Below, one piece after another: positions 34,715 to 45,221 of a stretch of 64,000 nt of DNA (positions are counted from its first letter, which is position 1; the number at the start of each line of letters is the position of its first letter). The DNA is taken from positions 2,914,001 to 2,978,000 of the forward strand of contig SMSO01000032.1 of NCBI GenBank assembly GCA_004764695.1, in the 5' to 3' direction. The stretch is from Schizochytrium sp. TIO01. Taxonomy: Eukaryota; Protista; Bigyra: Labyrinthulomycetes. The notes beneath the pieces were generated by a model that ran no database searches, was not told the origin of the DNA, and saw only the letters and a list, made by a program, of their open reading frames with translations. The position numbers were made by a program, and so were the translations under genes.

Positions 34715-37064
34715 TTTAACCGGAGCAACTCTCAGTACTAATCACCACACGATGGCTTATAAAGCAAACAACCTTATTGGTTCGCGAAGGCCACCTCCCG
34801 TGCTGTATTTAGCGTTTACTCCTACAGATACAAGAAAACAAAGACACCACCCTCCAAGGTTTTCACAAGAGGGACTCCTTGCCTTTTGCTAGCTTCTACT
34901 TGTGTTTGAGGCTGTGAGTTTTGCTTTGCCGCGAAGAAAGGTATGTCTTAAAGTGGCACGTGAAGATGCCAGAAGAGGGAATTTTCAACAAGAAGACCTT
35001 GGTCTCAACGAAGCTGTGACCCAAACGGTCTTAGCTGGCACCTCAACAAGTAATCAGACTTGACGCTATAGCCGCGAGTTGCCCGAGCAACGTAAGAGGT
35101 TGAAGTTCACGGAAGAGTGACAGCGGACGCAGGGGTTACCAACTAGAAGTGATAGAGAAATACAAAGAGATTCAGAGAGATAGATAGATGCGCGATGGCA
35201 ACGCACGGGCACGCGAACACGTTCGCACTCTGGCCGTCAGGAAAGGCACCGATCCAGCGTCTATGTGCGGCTCTCAAGGCGTCTGGATTTGGGTAGGGAG
35301 ACAGCTCCGAGGCAGCGCGCCGTTCGTGCCGGTTTGCTGCTGCGCGGAGATCGGCAATCAAGCAAGAGTTTTGCTTTATCCTGCTTTCTTCATTTCTTTC
35401 TTTAGCTAAAAACTTTCATACACTTACTTAATCATTGCCTAGCTACTTAAAACAATAAGAACAAGTAGAGACACTTTACTCTTACTCATATGCGTTAGTT
35501 GCGCTTAGGAATAGTAAACAGACACTTTATTTTATTTTACAAAGCAAATGTTCTTGAAATCACTCACCTTTTGGTGGTTTGCGATAATAAATAGCACATT
35601 TCTCACATAGTTATCGTCGCTTCTCCTTCACTTGGTCTTGGGGACTTCTTGGCGAAACTCACCTTTTTAAAGACCGCGTAGAAAGGAGGGCTTGCTTGGA
35701 GTCCTTCAAGTTCTTTAGTTTTTTCGTTTCCTTTTCTCTTTTCTCAGCCTTCTTTCTCTTTGTACAAAGCAGAACTATTCGCGTCTTAGGCATCTACTAT
35801 TTACCTCTGGCTAGTGCAAACAGTAGGATAAAAGTGGCTCTTGTGCCGCTTTTCCCCCTCAATTTGTGTATTAGTATGCGTTTTTGAGAAACCCCTTTGT
35901 TCTTTGCATCTTCTTACAGGACGGACGAGGTTGTAAATAGCAGTGCCTCTAGCTAGGTTTTCTGCCAAGCGCTGCGAAGACACTTAGATTCTAATTTACG
36001 ACCAAACTACTATGCCCAGACATATTTCTCCTAGGTGCCGCAAATATGGCTTATAAGTGGCACTGGCAGTGGTATTAATAGATTTGAAGATGCAACGATA
36101 AGGGGCAAATATCTATTTTCTGTTTTACTTTTGAGGTTACAGATCAAAGTCAGAGGGATGTTCTGTCACAGAGCGAACAACAGCGAGACTACAGGAATAG
36201 AGGGGGTACTGGAGTGATTGAAAACATCCAGAAAAACAATGTACAAGTCACATACATGGTTGTTTACAGGCACGTCAATGACGAATATACTGCCAAACAA
36301 TAGCATGGGCGTGAGCATCGCGCAGGCCTGTGTCTTAAAAGTCTGATTGAGCTGGTGATTTAGTGTAGTAAAGCAGGGAAGATGCAGGCGATAATTAGGT
36401 CGCAAGATTATGATGTATTTACGAAGTGTGTGAGTTGGTACGGTTTGTTGAGGGAAATTCCAGGGTAAGGTTGCTCGTGAAGGACCAAAGTCCTGAAAGA
36501 TCATGCTGCCTTGGAAAGATGAGGAGAAGAAGACGAGAAAAGACCGTGATGGATGTCTGCCCTGAAAAGATCACTATTTCTACGATACAATGCTTGCCCC
36601 ATGATACAGCACATCAGCACTTTTATGTATAGATGTATGTATGCGTAGGGTGCTGTATATGCATGTGCCTTATGTTTAGAGGAGCTAAGCAGTATCGTGA
36701 GTTGCGTAGCTTGTTTGGAGATGACACGATAGGGAGAATGGAGAAGAGGCTGTAGAGAAGAGCTACACGTGGTAAGTTCTGCCCAAGAATATGAATAGTA
36801 GATCTCCAAAGCAGCCATAGCCGCCGTGGTCGATATAATCGTAATGTGTGGGTTGTCGTTGTGATGTTGTTGAGAAGGTACAACGAAAGAATGCGGAGTA
36901 GAAGAAGGGAATAAGTTGGTTGGGTTTGCGAGTCTCTTTCTTGTGAGTTCTCTCTCACTCACCTAAAACCTCTGGCAGCACGCACTCGCATGGCTGGCTA
37001 TCTGTGTGCATTTATGGTTTCATGAGGGAAGGAAATGAATGAGACACGCGCTCACACGGCTTGC

Positions 37065-37616
37065 TTACTTGGCCTTGGCGGGGCTCTTCTTGGCCTTAGC
37101 GGGAGACTTTTTTGCCGCGGGAGCCTTCTTGACGGGGGACTTCTTTGCCTTGGTGGGGGACTTCTTCGTGGCGGTCGTCTTCTTGGTGGCAGTTGTGGTC
37201 TTCTTGGCGGCGGTCTTCTTGGCCGGAGACTTCTTGACGGGGGACTTCTTGGTTGCGGCGGTGGTGGCCTTCTTGGCAGCGGGCTTCTTAGCCTTAGTGG
37301 GGGACTTCTTGGTTGCGGCGGTGGTGGTCTTCTTAGCGGTAGTGGTCTTCTTGGTGGCGGTGGTGGTCTTCTTGGCGGCAGCGGGCTTCTTGGGTGCGTT
37401 TTTCTTGGCGAGGGCGTCCTTGGCGTCCTTGGAGACCTTGTAGTGGCCGCCGTTCTTCACGAGCACGCCGCTCTCGACACCAGTGCGAAGAGCCTTGTTG
37501 AGGAAGTGGAACTTCTCCTTGGGCACATCGAGGGCGGTCTTAAGGGCGGGGAGGGTGGAGCCCTTGCGCTCCTCAGCCTTGATGATGGCTTCCACAACCT
37601 GGTCGAGAAGAGTCAT
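37065..37616 (-). CDS. Linker histone H1
   Basis: Winged-helix globular domain (AIIKAEERKGSTLPALK...LNKALRTGVESGVLVK...YKV) followed by a K/A/T/P-rich tail with repeated KKSP motifs. Confidence 0.92.
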   Translation of the reverse strand: MTLLDQVVEAIIKAEERKGSTLPALKTALDVPKEKFHFLNKALRTGVESGVLVKNGGHYKVSKDAKDALAKKNAPKKPAAAKKTTTATKKTTTAKKTTTAATKKSPTKAKKPAAKKATTAATKKSPVKKSPAKKTAAKKTTTATKKTTATKKSPTKAKKSPVKKAPAAKKSPAKAKKSPAKAK

Positions 37617-38862
37617 TGTCCTAGTTGATTAGTTTCACAAGCTTGAGTCCTCTTCAATTGATGCTGAGCTATAAATTCACTCCAAAGGAAAGCAAAACGT
37701 AGCCATCAGAGTCCATGAAGCAAATCCCAGAATAATCGGCAAGTCGCGCAGAACGTTCGGAATACGTTAGTCTACACTGTCATTTCGCAAAAACTACACC
37801 ACGCGCAACCACCAAACTCAGCATGCATCTCAAGCACACCCCTGCGGCCATGCTCCCACCATACCAACGCCGCAAGATGCCTGAAGCCCGCGCACGGCGG
37901 CCTCCAAGTTGACGCTGGCTTCGTCGCTGCTTTCCGCACTATCAAAAAGCAGGCGAAAGAGGCAATAGCAACAGTAACATTAACAAATAACAATAATATC
38001 GACGTATCAACGACGCCAAGACGGGCCTCGCACTGGCCGCCTGCCGTCGCGCGGCAGCGGCAACCGACGAGCCACGCAAGCGAAGGGGCAAGAACAGAGC
38101 CAGGCGTAAGTAAACCTTGGCGGGTGAAGCGGAGTACCTACCTGAAGAGCAGAAGTAGAGCGTCTGGAGACAAAAAAGATGCCTGCAAAAACCTCGAATA
38201 CGAATTTGGAGCAACTCTGATAAAACTTCGAATGCGAAAGTTTTTCAAATGTTTTTCCCCCCCAGTGCGGTCAGAGGTAGTGTGGAACAGAGGGAAAGGC
38301 GATGGGGAACGGGCTCGAATTCCGCAGTGCAGTGTGAGGGAAAGGAAAAATAACACTTCAGAAGCCACAGGGGTATACGGGGACGTATGGAGAGGTTCTG
38401 CACCCAGTGAAGTGAGGGAGTACCTGGGTCCTTGCCCCTCCTCAAGATCTCGTTGGCGTCAGGAGGGGGAGAGCGGAAGTTGTCCCCAGAGGAGATGTCT
38501 GCGGGAACGCAGCAAAAGAGCGCTCTGCCCTCTTAGTCCGTTTTCCGGCCCCTCAGAGGCGGAAAGTTAAGAGAAAGAAAGAAAGAGAGACAAAGAATGA
38601 AGAGAAAAGACAGCCAAGAAGTTTGGCCTTCTCAGCGCGCAGCGCGAGATGGGCCAAGACACTGCTCTCGAGCCGAGCCCAGGCTGCCTGGAGAGGCCTT
38701 CTGTGCCTCTCTTCCGAGCCCAGAGCTCTTCAAGCCCGGCTCGAGTCCAGGTTTTTTCCACGCGGACCAGGCTCGGTTTTTCCCATATCCCTCGATGGTG
38801 TCTGTCTTCCTCTGCTGCTTTCACTTACAGTGAAACATTTGCGCTTTCGAGTGAAGTATCCA

Positions 38863-38943
38863 CTGTATCTGCTGTGCCCGCAAGTAGGTTATAGAAGGGA
38901 TTGCTCTGTATCTGCCGTGCCCGCAAGTAGGTTATAGAAGGGA
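38863..38943. repeat. 38-bp direct repeat, two copies (38863-38900, 38906-38943)
   Basis: CTGTATCTGCYGTGCCCGCAAGTAGGTTATAGAAGGGA twice, one mismatch, 5-nt spacer. Confidence 0.9.
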
Positions 38944-39341
38944 ACACTACAGTGAGGGGTTTCTTATTCTTTCTTAATCAATGCGGTGCTGTCAAAGAAG
39001 AGGGCGCCAAACTAGGGCTCCTTGGGACTGCCCATTCATTCATTCATTCATTCATTCATTCATCCAGTCAGCCAGTCAGGCAGGCATCACGGGGCGTGGC
39101 GGGGCGGCCGGGGAGACAGACCTCAGCGCGACTCTCGCTGGCCCGCACACGTAGACGAATGACCCTTTTGGCGAGGCTCGCCGGTTAACGGTACCAACCA
39201 ACCACAAATTAATTCTCGCCAGACATATCACGCCGTTATGATGGATGCATGCCTTTTCGTGGTGGGCTGCAAAGGACCTGGTGCCTAGCTCGCGAGCTAG
39301 TTGTGAAGTGAAGCAACAGAGTGCCCTCAGCTACCCAGGTT

Positions 39342-39612
39342 TGATGCCTACTGTGGCGATGAAGCTGGTCATTGGTGCAAGGTCTTGATGTATTGGATCT
39401 CGCTGGCAGATTCGTTGCATCTCGTGCTTGGCAAATGGTAATGTCAATGACCAATGGCTTTCTGTTAGCCTCATCTCCCCAGATTTGATGATGCCTACTG
39501 TGCAAGGAAGCTGGTCATTGGTGTAAGGTCTTGATGTATTGGATCTCGCTGGCAGATTCGTTGCAACTTGTGCTTGGCAAGTGATAATGTCAATGACCAA
39601 TGGCTTTGTGTT
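39342..39612. repeat. About 125-bp diverged tandem duplication (39342-39466, 39489-39612)
   Basis: Both copies run TGATGCCTACTGTG...GAAGCTGGTCATTGGTG...GGTCTTGATGTATTGGATCTCGCTGGCAGATTCGTTGCA...AATGTCAATGACCAATGGCTTT. Confidence 0.9.
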
Positions 39613-41452
39613 GGTGTCTTTATTGCAAAAAAGAATATGAACTACGCCGAACGAATGAACCTCTGATTTAAGCGGGCAAGACTTAACGGCCGTATTCGCC
39701 CACCATGAGATTTGGCCTTCGCCAAGGAACACGGTGCTTAGACCGCACATGAAACTTTCATGAAAGAGGTACGAATTAATATCGTAAGAGTTTCTCCCAA
39801 GATAACTCTGCAGGGACAGACGGACTGAGTGAATAGAGAGGTAGATTTGGCAAGATGGCTACCAAACAATCCCCATACCACTACTACAATCCGCGTCATG
39901 ATTCATGTACACGTGTGTGATTTTAAAACAAGAGTGACATCATGTCAAAGCCTGGCCCTTTCAGCTGATCAATTGTGAAGGTCTTGAGTTTTTACTTCAA
40001 ATTTTGGCCAAGTCCAAAGTGAAATTGCCATCTGCCTTTCTGTGTACAATTCCTTAAGGATTGCTTGATTCGGCAAATACCTGAATTCTGAATGAGGACA
40101 CCCAGCGCAAGACTTTCGCATGGCTCCGAAAAGGTACCATGCAATGTTATTATTCTTCTATTTCAACATTTTCTTAATTACAATAAGGCTACTTGCAGCT
40201 TTATGCTGCAAATAAAGATATAGCTACTGTGAGGATGCCCATGGCAAGCGGGAACCACATAATAACCCAAAACTCTCAGTTGGGTCTTGGTGTAGTGAAC
40301 ATCCAAGCCTTTCAATAGGAGTTTGAGGACTGTGGCTCGCTCGAATTAAGTTTTATGTTCGCTCATGCCACCTTCCGATTCTGCAGACTTCAATTGTTTA
40401 ATTTTAAAACATGGGTCTGCTTGAGTTAATGATGTGTATTTTTAATAATTTAACTGATACTTTTAATTGTGTAAGCTATGGCCCTCGCCAAAGTAGCTAT
40501 AAAGATGCGTCGTACGCTCTGCTTTTCTAACTAACATGGCAACTTCACCATGGACGGATAAATCAGACAATCCATGGATACATGTGATGTGTGGTGAAGA
40601 TATAATTTCAAGTGTTTTATCGTGAAAAATGGTGACTTGTACATACTCTAGAGTACAAGTAGGCTAGTTGTTTCTTTCTTTGGCGTCATTGCAAAAGATG
40701 GCTTACCATCAAAGCAGTTGCACGCGCGACTCAAAGGTCAAGGTAAAAAGCTAAAGTGGTCTCTACAAGTTTCCTGATGAGAAGAAAGTGATTACAGTAA
40801 TTCTATTTATATAGTGCAAAGGTATAAATAAATCAAGTAAAATCGATACGGATTTCAGTAATAGGCCAAAGTAGTACCAATCCGTTGTCCTTGTGCTAGA
40901 TATTGCTGTGACTGATAACGAAGTTGAAAACGCAACAATTTGCAAAGCTTGCGATTAGGAGATAGAAGCATAATTATAGCAAACATTTATGTTTGCAGCG
41001 AACTTTCGGCCAAAACAAAATAAATGAACTTGATTTGTTTTGCTGGCTGTTGGAGAATACGTTAGCCCAATCTAAGATTAGGCATAAAATATTACCAACA
41101 CACACTTGTGCGAATGATTGTCCGACTGAATAATTGATGTTTCCAAAAAAGCAGAAGAGCTTGGTTTCTGGGTTCCAGCGAAATGTAACGGAAGCCAACG
41201 AATTGACCACTGACTGCACCATCCAGATCGATGAATAGATTTTTGAAAATACTTGAGAGAGAGAGAAGCTTTTTTTTTTAAATGTGTGCTCCGATCCCCT
41301 CAAAGAATAACTATATAGTTAATTGGGTCAAGGGTACTTTCATACATTTAAAACAAAAAGAAAGCGAACTTTGCTTGTTTAAAAGACACCATTGCTCCAC
41401 GAACTCATTAGGCAAGCCAATTGAAGCGACAAAATTGTATAAGGATATTGAT

Positions 41453-44341
41453 TCAAGGGTTAACGACATTTGTAATGAGAATCTCACGAAATACATTAGG
41501 TAGCTGTGACATGTCAAGTAAGACATGACCACGACCAGGAGGGAGTTCACGTTTGAGCCGCTGCGCCTCCTCACCAAAAGAAGCGATGAAAAGAGCATGA
41601 GCCTCCACATCTGGCGAGGCAATCAGACGCCTTCCCAATTCCGATGCAGGGATGCCGTAACGACGCAAGTTAGCGTCACTCACAACAATGACAAGCTTTT
41701 GGTCTGCATCTTCTTCGTCAACAACCTTGATTGCGGCCTCTGTGCCCTCGAGTGTCATGTCACCAGACCAGCAATATTGCGCATGTGCGATCATATGCTG
41801 ACAAACGCGGAGCTTATCCTTGCGCGTGCGAGGCGGTTCTCCAAATTTCACTAGCTTGATTGCCTCGCTCTCGCCGGAGTGTCCAACAATTGAGTACTTA
41901 TACCTGTCCGCAAAAGGCTCAAGAGCTTCCATGATCATCACTGCAAGCTCACATTCGCGACGGAGGCGCCCGTCTTGTGAGTTAAACCTATACATAGAAC
42001 CACTGCAGTCCAAAAGAAAGAGCAGTCGTTTAGGGAGCTCCTGTACTGCACCAGGCACAGGGTCCCTCACACCACGACGTTTGTAGACCAACCGTTCACC
42101 CAGGGCGCAGTCTACAAGCTTAGAGTCATCGAGGTCTCCAAAAGTTTCATTCTTGAGCCATTCGCGTTCTTGTTTCTTTTTCTCAGCGGCATCCAGCACT
42201 ACACGAAGCTGTGAGATCTCCTGCTCGACATTTCCTAGAAATGTTGCATATTGTTCGTGTTCGTCTTCAGTCATTTCGATTTCTTGCAAACGTTCAGCGA
42301 AGGCCTTGCGGTTGAGCTCGCGAGCTTGCTGCTTTGTAGCATCGTCAACCTGTTGTTTCGCTGCGTCGGTGACTTGATGAACAGGGTGGCCCTTGTCCAG
42401 ACGGTAAGGTCCACCACGGCCTCCAAGACCAGCTGTGTTGCTTCCACCCGTGCCCCCGGCCCAGGTGTTACCCCCAACGTGAGGGGTATTTTCCGGATCC
42501 TCCTTTCCATGCTTAGGGGATTCTACTTTTGGGGGGTTTTCAGATAAGCCTCCGGCGCCTCCTTGAACATGAAGTTGCAGAAGGTCTTGGCCGGCTGCAC
42601 CACTTGAAATTGTCACACGTTCCGCGCTGACTGCATTTGCAGGCAAGCCGTGCATTTCCATCCATTGAGCCAACTCTCGCGTAAGAGCATCGTGGTCGAC
42701 TTGGTAAAGGCGCAACAAACCATGTGGGCCTTGACGCTGTAAGGTTACTAGCTCTCCTTCGTCAGTTTCTGCCATGGCAAGCCATTCTAGGGTATCTTTT
42801 TGCTTTTTTTCTGACTTGGGGTCTGCTGGAAGCATGTTAATTGGCGATATTCGTTTGACAACGTTACGGTTCTCATCAACGATTTGGATGATGACATCTG
42901 ACCGCTGAGGATCTATGGCATGTGGCGATGTTTCCGGTTGCTGCTTGTCAACATTATTTGTAAGGTATTCTAAAGCTTGTTGCTTCATTTTTTTCTTCGT
43001 TTGTTTAGCCAGCTTTGCACGTTGTGCTTTTGCGACTGCCTCGTTTACATCAGTAGCGTCTAAAATCATAGCTACTTGATTGCCATAGTGTAACATTTGC
43101 GTTAAACGGGCTGGGCTGGGTGCCTCAGCCTCCTTTTGCGCCATAGTATCATCTTCTGAAGCCATTCGCGGCACTGTCATGAGTTTGGCTTGCCGCAAGT
43201 CCTCCGGGCTTGCACTAATATGCTGAAGAACCGCGAGAGGGTGCGTGAACTTTACATTTTGCGGAGAACCTCCAATAGGTATTGATGCCTCGGATTCCGC
43301 TTTCTCGACAGCCTCGAGCACAGCTCCAGCGATTCCAGGATAGTCGAGGGAATCTAGCGATGACAACGCTTCCTCAAGTGAGAGAGCGCGTTTTGAGATT
43401 GGGAGCACGTCAAAACGACAGTTCTGCGCAATGCGATGCTGATCGGCATTTCGAAGAGTCTCATCGCCGCTTTCGGAACGTACAAGCCAACAGGGTTGAA
43501 TTGCACCAGAGGAGACTTCTTCAACCTCAGCAAACCAAAGGTGCTTTGTACAAAGAGTGAGATTGCGAGCAATAAAGCCTTCAGGCATATGAACCCGTGT
43601 AACTGCAGGGAAACTCCGCTGAACATCCTTCTCGAGGATGTCAATGGATGCCGTGCCTTCAGGTCCCCCATCAATGACGAGGATGCCTTCCCGTGAAAGG
43701 CTTTCAATCATGCGAGGTTTAGGGCTGCGTTTTTTGCGGATGCTGCCAAAAGGCGAGTTCTGAAACATAGTTTCGAACATGCTCGCTTTGGAGGATGACG
43801 TTTCGCCATCTTTATCCATTGATCCCTTGAATGGGTTGGGAAGTTCGGGCAAGTTAAGCACACGGACCTCCCCGCCCTTGGGTGTGAGAAAAACCAAGGT
43901 GGACATGTTCGGCAAATACATTACCAGTTCGCCGTCAAAGGATCCGAGTGCAGGTCTCACAGCATTGTATGGGAGGACTTCTTCAAGATGTAGCCAAGAT
44001 CTCGATGGGGTCTTGCCTCCAGCTTCTGCAGAAGGTCCCAGATTCCAAAACGAGTGAATGCCAATTGGAGATTCTGTGAGCACATGGATACCGCCTGCCA
44101 CGCAAGCAATATCTACAGGTCTTTGCCAACTTGACTGCACAGGGAGCTGCCATCGAGTTCGCTCTTCCGTAAAGTGTTGTAGCCGAGCTTGATCCGGAGC
44201 AAAGCGTTCTCGATTAGCCTCCGGCACCCGGCCTCTGTAAAGGCGACCATCGACAGGGATCTTTTCCACACGGCAAGACCCACTCACATGCCGGCGCGCC
44301 TCTCCGCCAAATCGAATTGGCCTCCCCCCGCGAGCAAGCAT
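41453..44341 (-). CDS. VWA8-like protein, C-terminal half only (962 aa), probable mitochondrial presequence
   Basis: VWA8-type signature PKHGKEDPENTPHVGGNTWAGGTGGSNTAGLGGRGGPYRLDKGH, then GDLDDSKL, MIDAS DCSGSMYRFN, GHSGE and SDANLRRYGI. First ATG at 44341 gives an Arg-rich N-terminus. No Walker A motif seen. Confidence 0.85.
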   Translation of the reverse strand: MLARGGRPIRFGGEARRHVSGSCRVEKIPVDGRLYRGRVPEANRERFAPDQARLQHFTEERTRWQLPVQSSWQRPVDIACVAGGIHVLTESPIGIHSFWNLGPSAEAGGKTPSRSWLHLEEVLPYNAVRPALGSFDGELVMYLPNMSTLVFLTPKGGEVRVLNLPELPNPFKGSMDKDGETSSSKASMFETMFQNSPFGSIRKKRSPKPRMIESLSREGILVIDGGPEGTASIDILEKDVQRSFPAVTRVHMPEGFIARNLTLCTKHLWFAEVEEVSSGAIQPCWLVRSESGDETLRNADQHRIAQNCRFDVLPISKRALSLEEALSSLDSLDYPGIAGAVLEAVEKAESEASIPIGGSPQNVKFTHPLAVLQHISASPEDLRQAKLMTVPRMASEDDTMAQKEAEAPSPARLTQMLHYGNQVAMILDATDVNEAVAKAQRAKLAKQTKKKMKQQALEYLTNNVDKQQPETSPHAIDPQRSDVIIQIVDENRNVVKRISPINMLPADPKSEKKQKDTLEWLAMAETDEGELVTLQRQGPHGLLRLYQVDHDALTRELAQWMEMHGLPANAVSAERVTISSGAAGQDLLQLHVQGGAGGLSENPPKVESPKHGKEDPENTPHVGGNTWAGGTGGSNTAGLGGRGGPYRLDKGHPVHQVTDAAKQQVDDATKQQARELNRKAFAERLQEIEMTEDEHEQYATFLGNVEQEISQLRVVLDAAEKKKQEREWLKNETFGDLDDSKLVDCALGERLVYKRRGVRDPVPGAVQELPKRLLFLLDCSGSMYRFNSQDGRLRRECELAVMIMEALEPFADRYKYSIVGHSGESEAIKLVKFGEPPRTRKDKLRVCQHMIAHAQYCWSGDMTLEGTEAAIKVVDEEDADQKLVIVVSDANLRRYGIPASELGRRLIASPDVEAHALFIASFGEEAQRLKRELPPGRGHVLLDMSQLPNVFREILITNVVNP

Positions 44342-45221
44342 CGCGCTGGATCTTCTGCAAAGACGCGCCAGTGATGCGCCGGTAGAAATTGCCAATCGAG
44401 GTGGAGCTCTCAATTGGGATTGCTCGCTGGTCGCAAGATGACGCAGAGAGAAAGAAGAATCTCTTTATGTTTAATTTTTTATTCCTCTAAGGTCTGGTGC
44501 TTCCGGTCTTTGTGGCCCAGAGCTGGTTTTACATAGTGGAAATACCAGATCGCAATGCAACGTGCAGGAGAATCGCGTGTGGAGTTTTTAGGTTGTGCAA
44601 ACATGAAGAAGTAAAGGTTTCAAGGGAAAGAAAGGGCTCCTGATTGGATTTCTATAGTATAAGACATAATGTTTGTTAATTTAGTGGATCATTCTTGAAT
44701 GCTTCGCGTGCAATCACAGGTTTTTGACGATGATATAAATTGAGCTAAAGCTCGGCGGTACATATGAAAGTTCAGAGACGGTCCGTTGCGATTGTAGCAA
44801 TTGTACAAAGGTGTTAGTGCTGGAGTTGTTAAGTGTATTAAAAAACTATGAGCGAGCTATCAAACACTTGTAATGCCAGCTTGAGACCAAGGAGAACATA
44901 GCGTTACTACTAGACCCACCAGCAGCGACGCTATCGGCTGATTCCAACTAAATGAAAGAGTTGGTATGGTATGCTATGAATCAAAATCTGCTTCACAGCG
45001 TATAACGCTGTGCAATTGTGTACTTCAGTAAGACCTACGATCATTCCTCCCATTTTCATTCATTTCAGAAAAAGAGAGGGGCCTTGGTACAATGTTATCT
45101 TGTCAGTCTAAAGAAGCGCTAGCATCGCCTTGATACAAGTCTGACTTTTGAAAAGTTGCGGACGTCATTTGGCAAGCAGTCAGGGAAGCGTAATAGATTC
45201 CAAGTCTCACAGTTGCTCGTG

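Noticed and set aside
37035-37628. Gly/Leu-rich and hydrophobic plus-strand ORFs
   Set aside because: Antisense translations of the histone H1 repeat tail.
38863-38943. CRISPR-like 38-bp repeats
   Set aside because: Only two copies, a 5-nt spacer, no cas genes, and a eukaryotic context.
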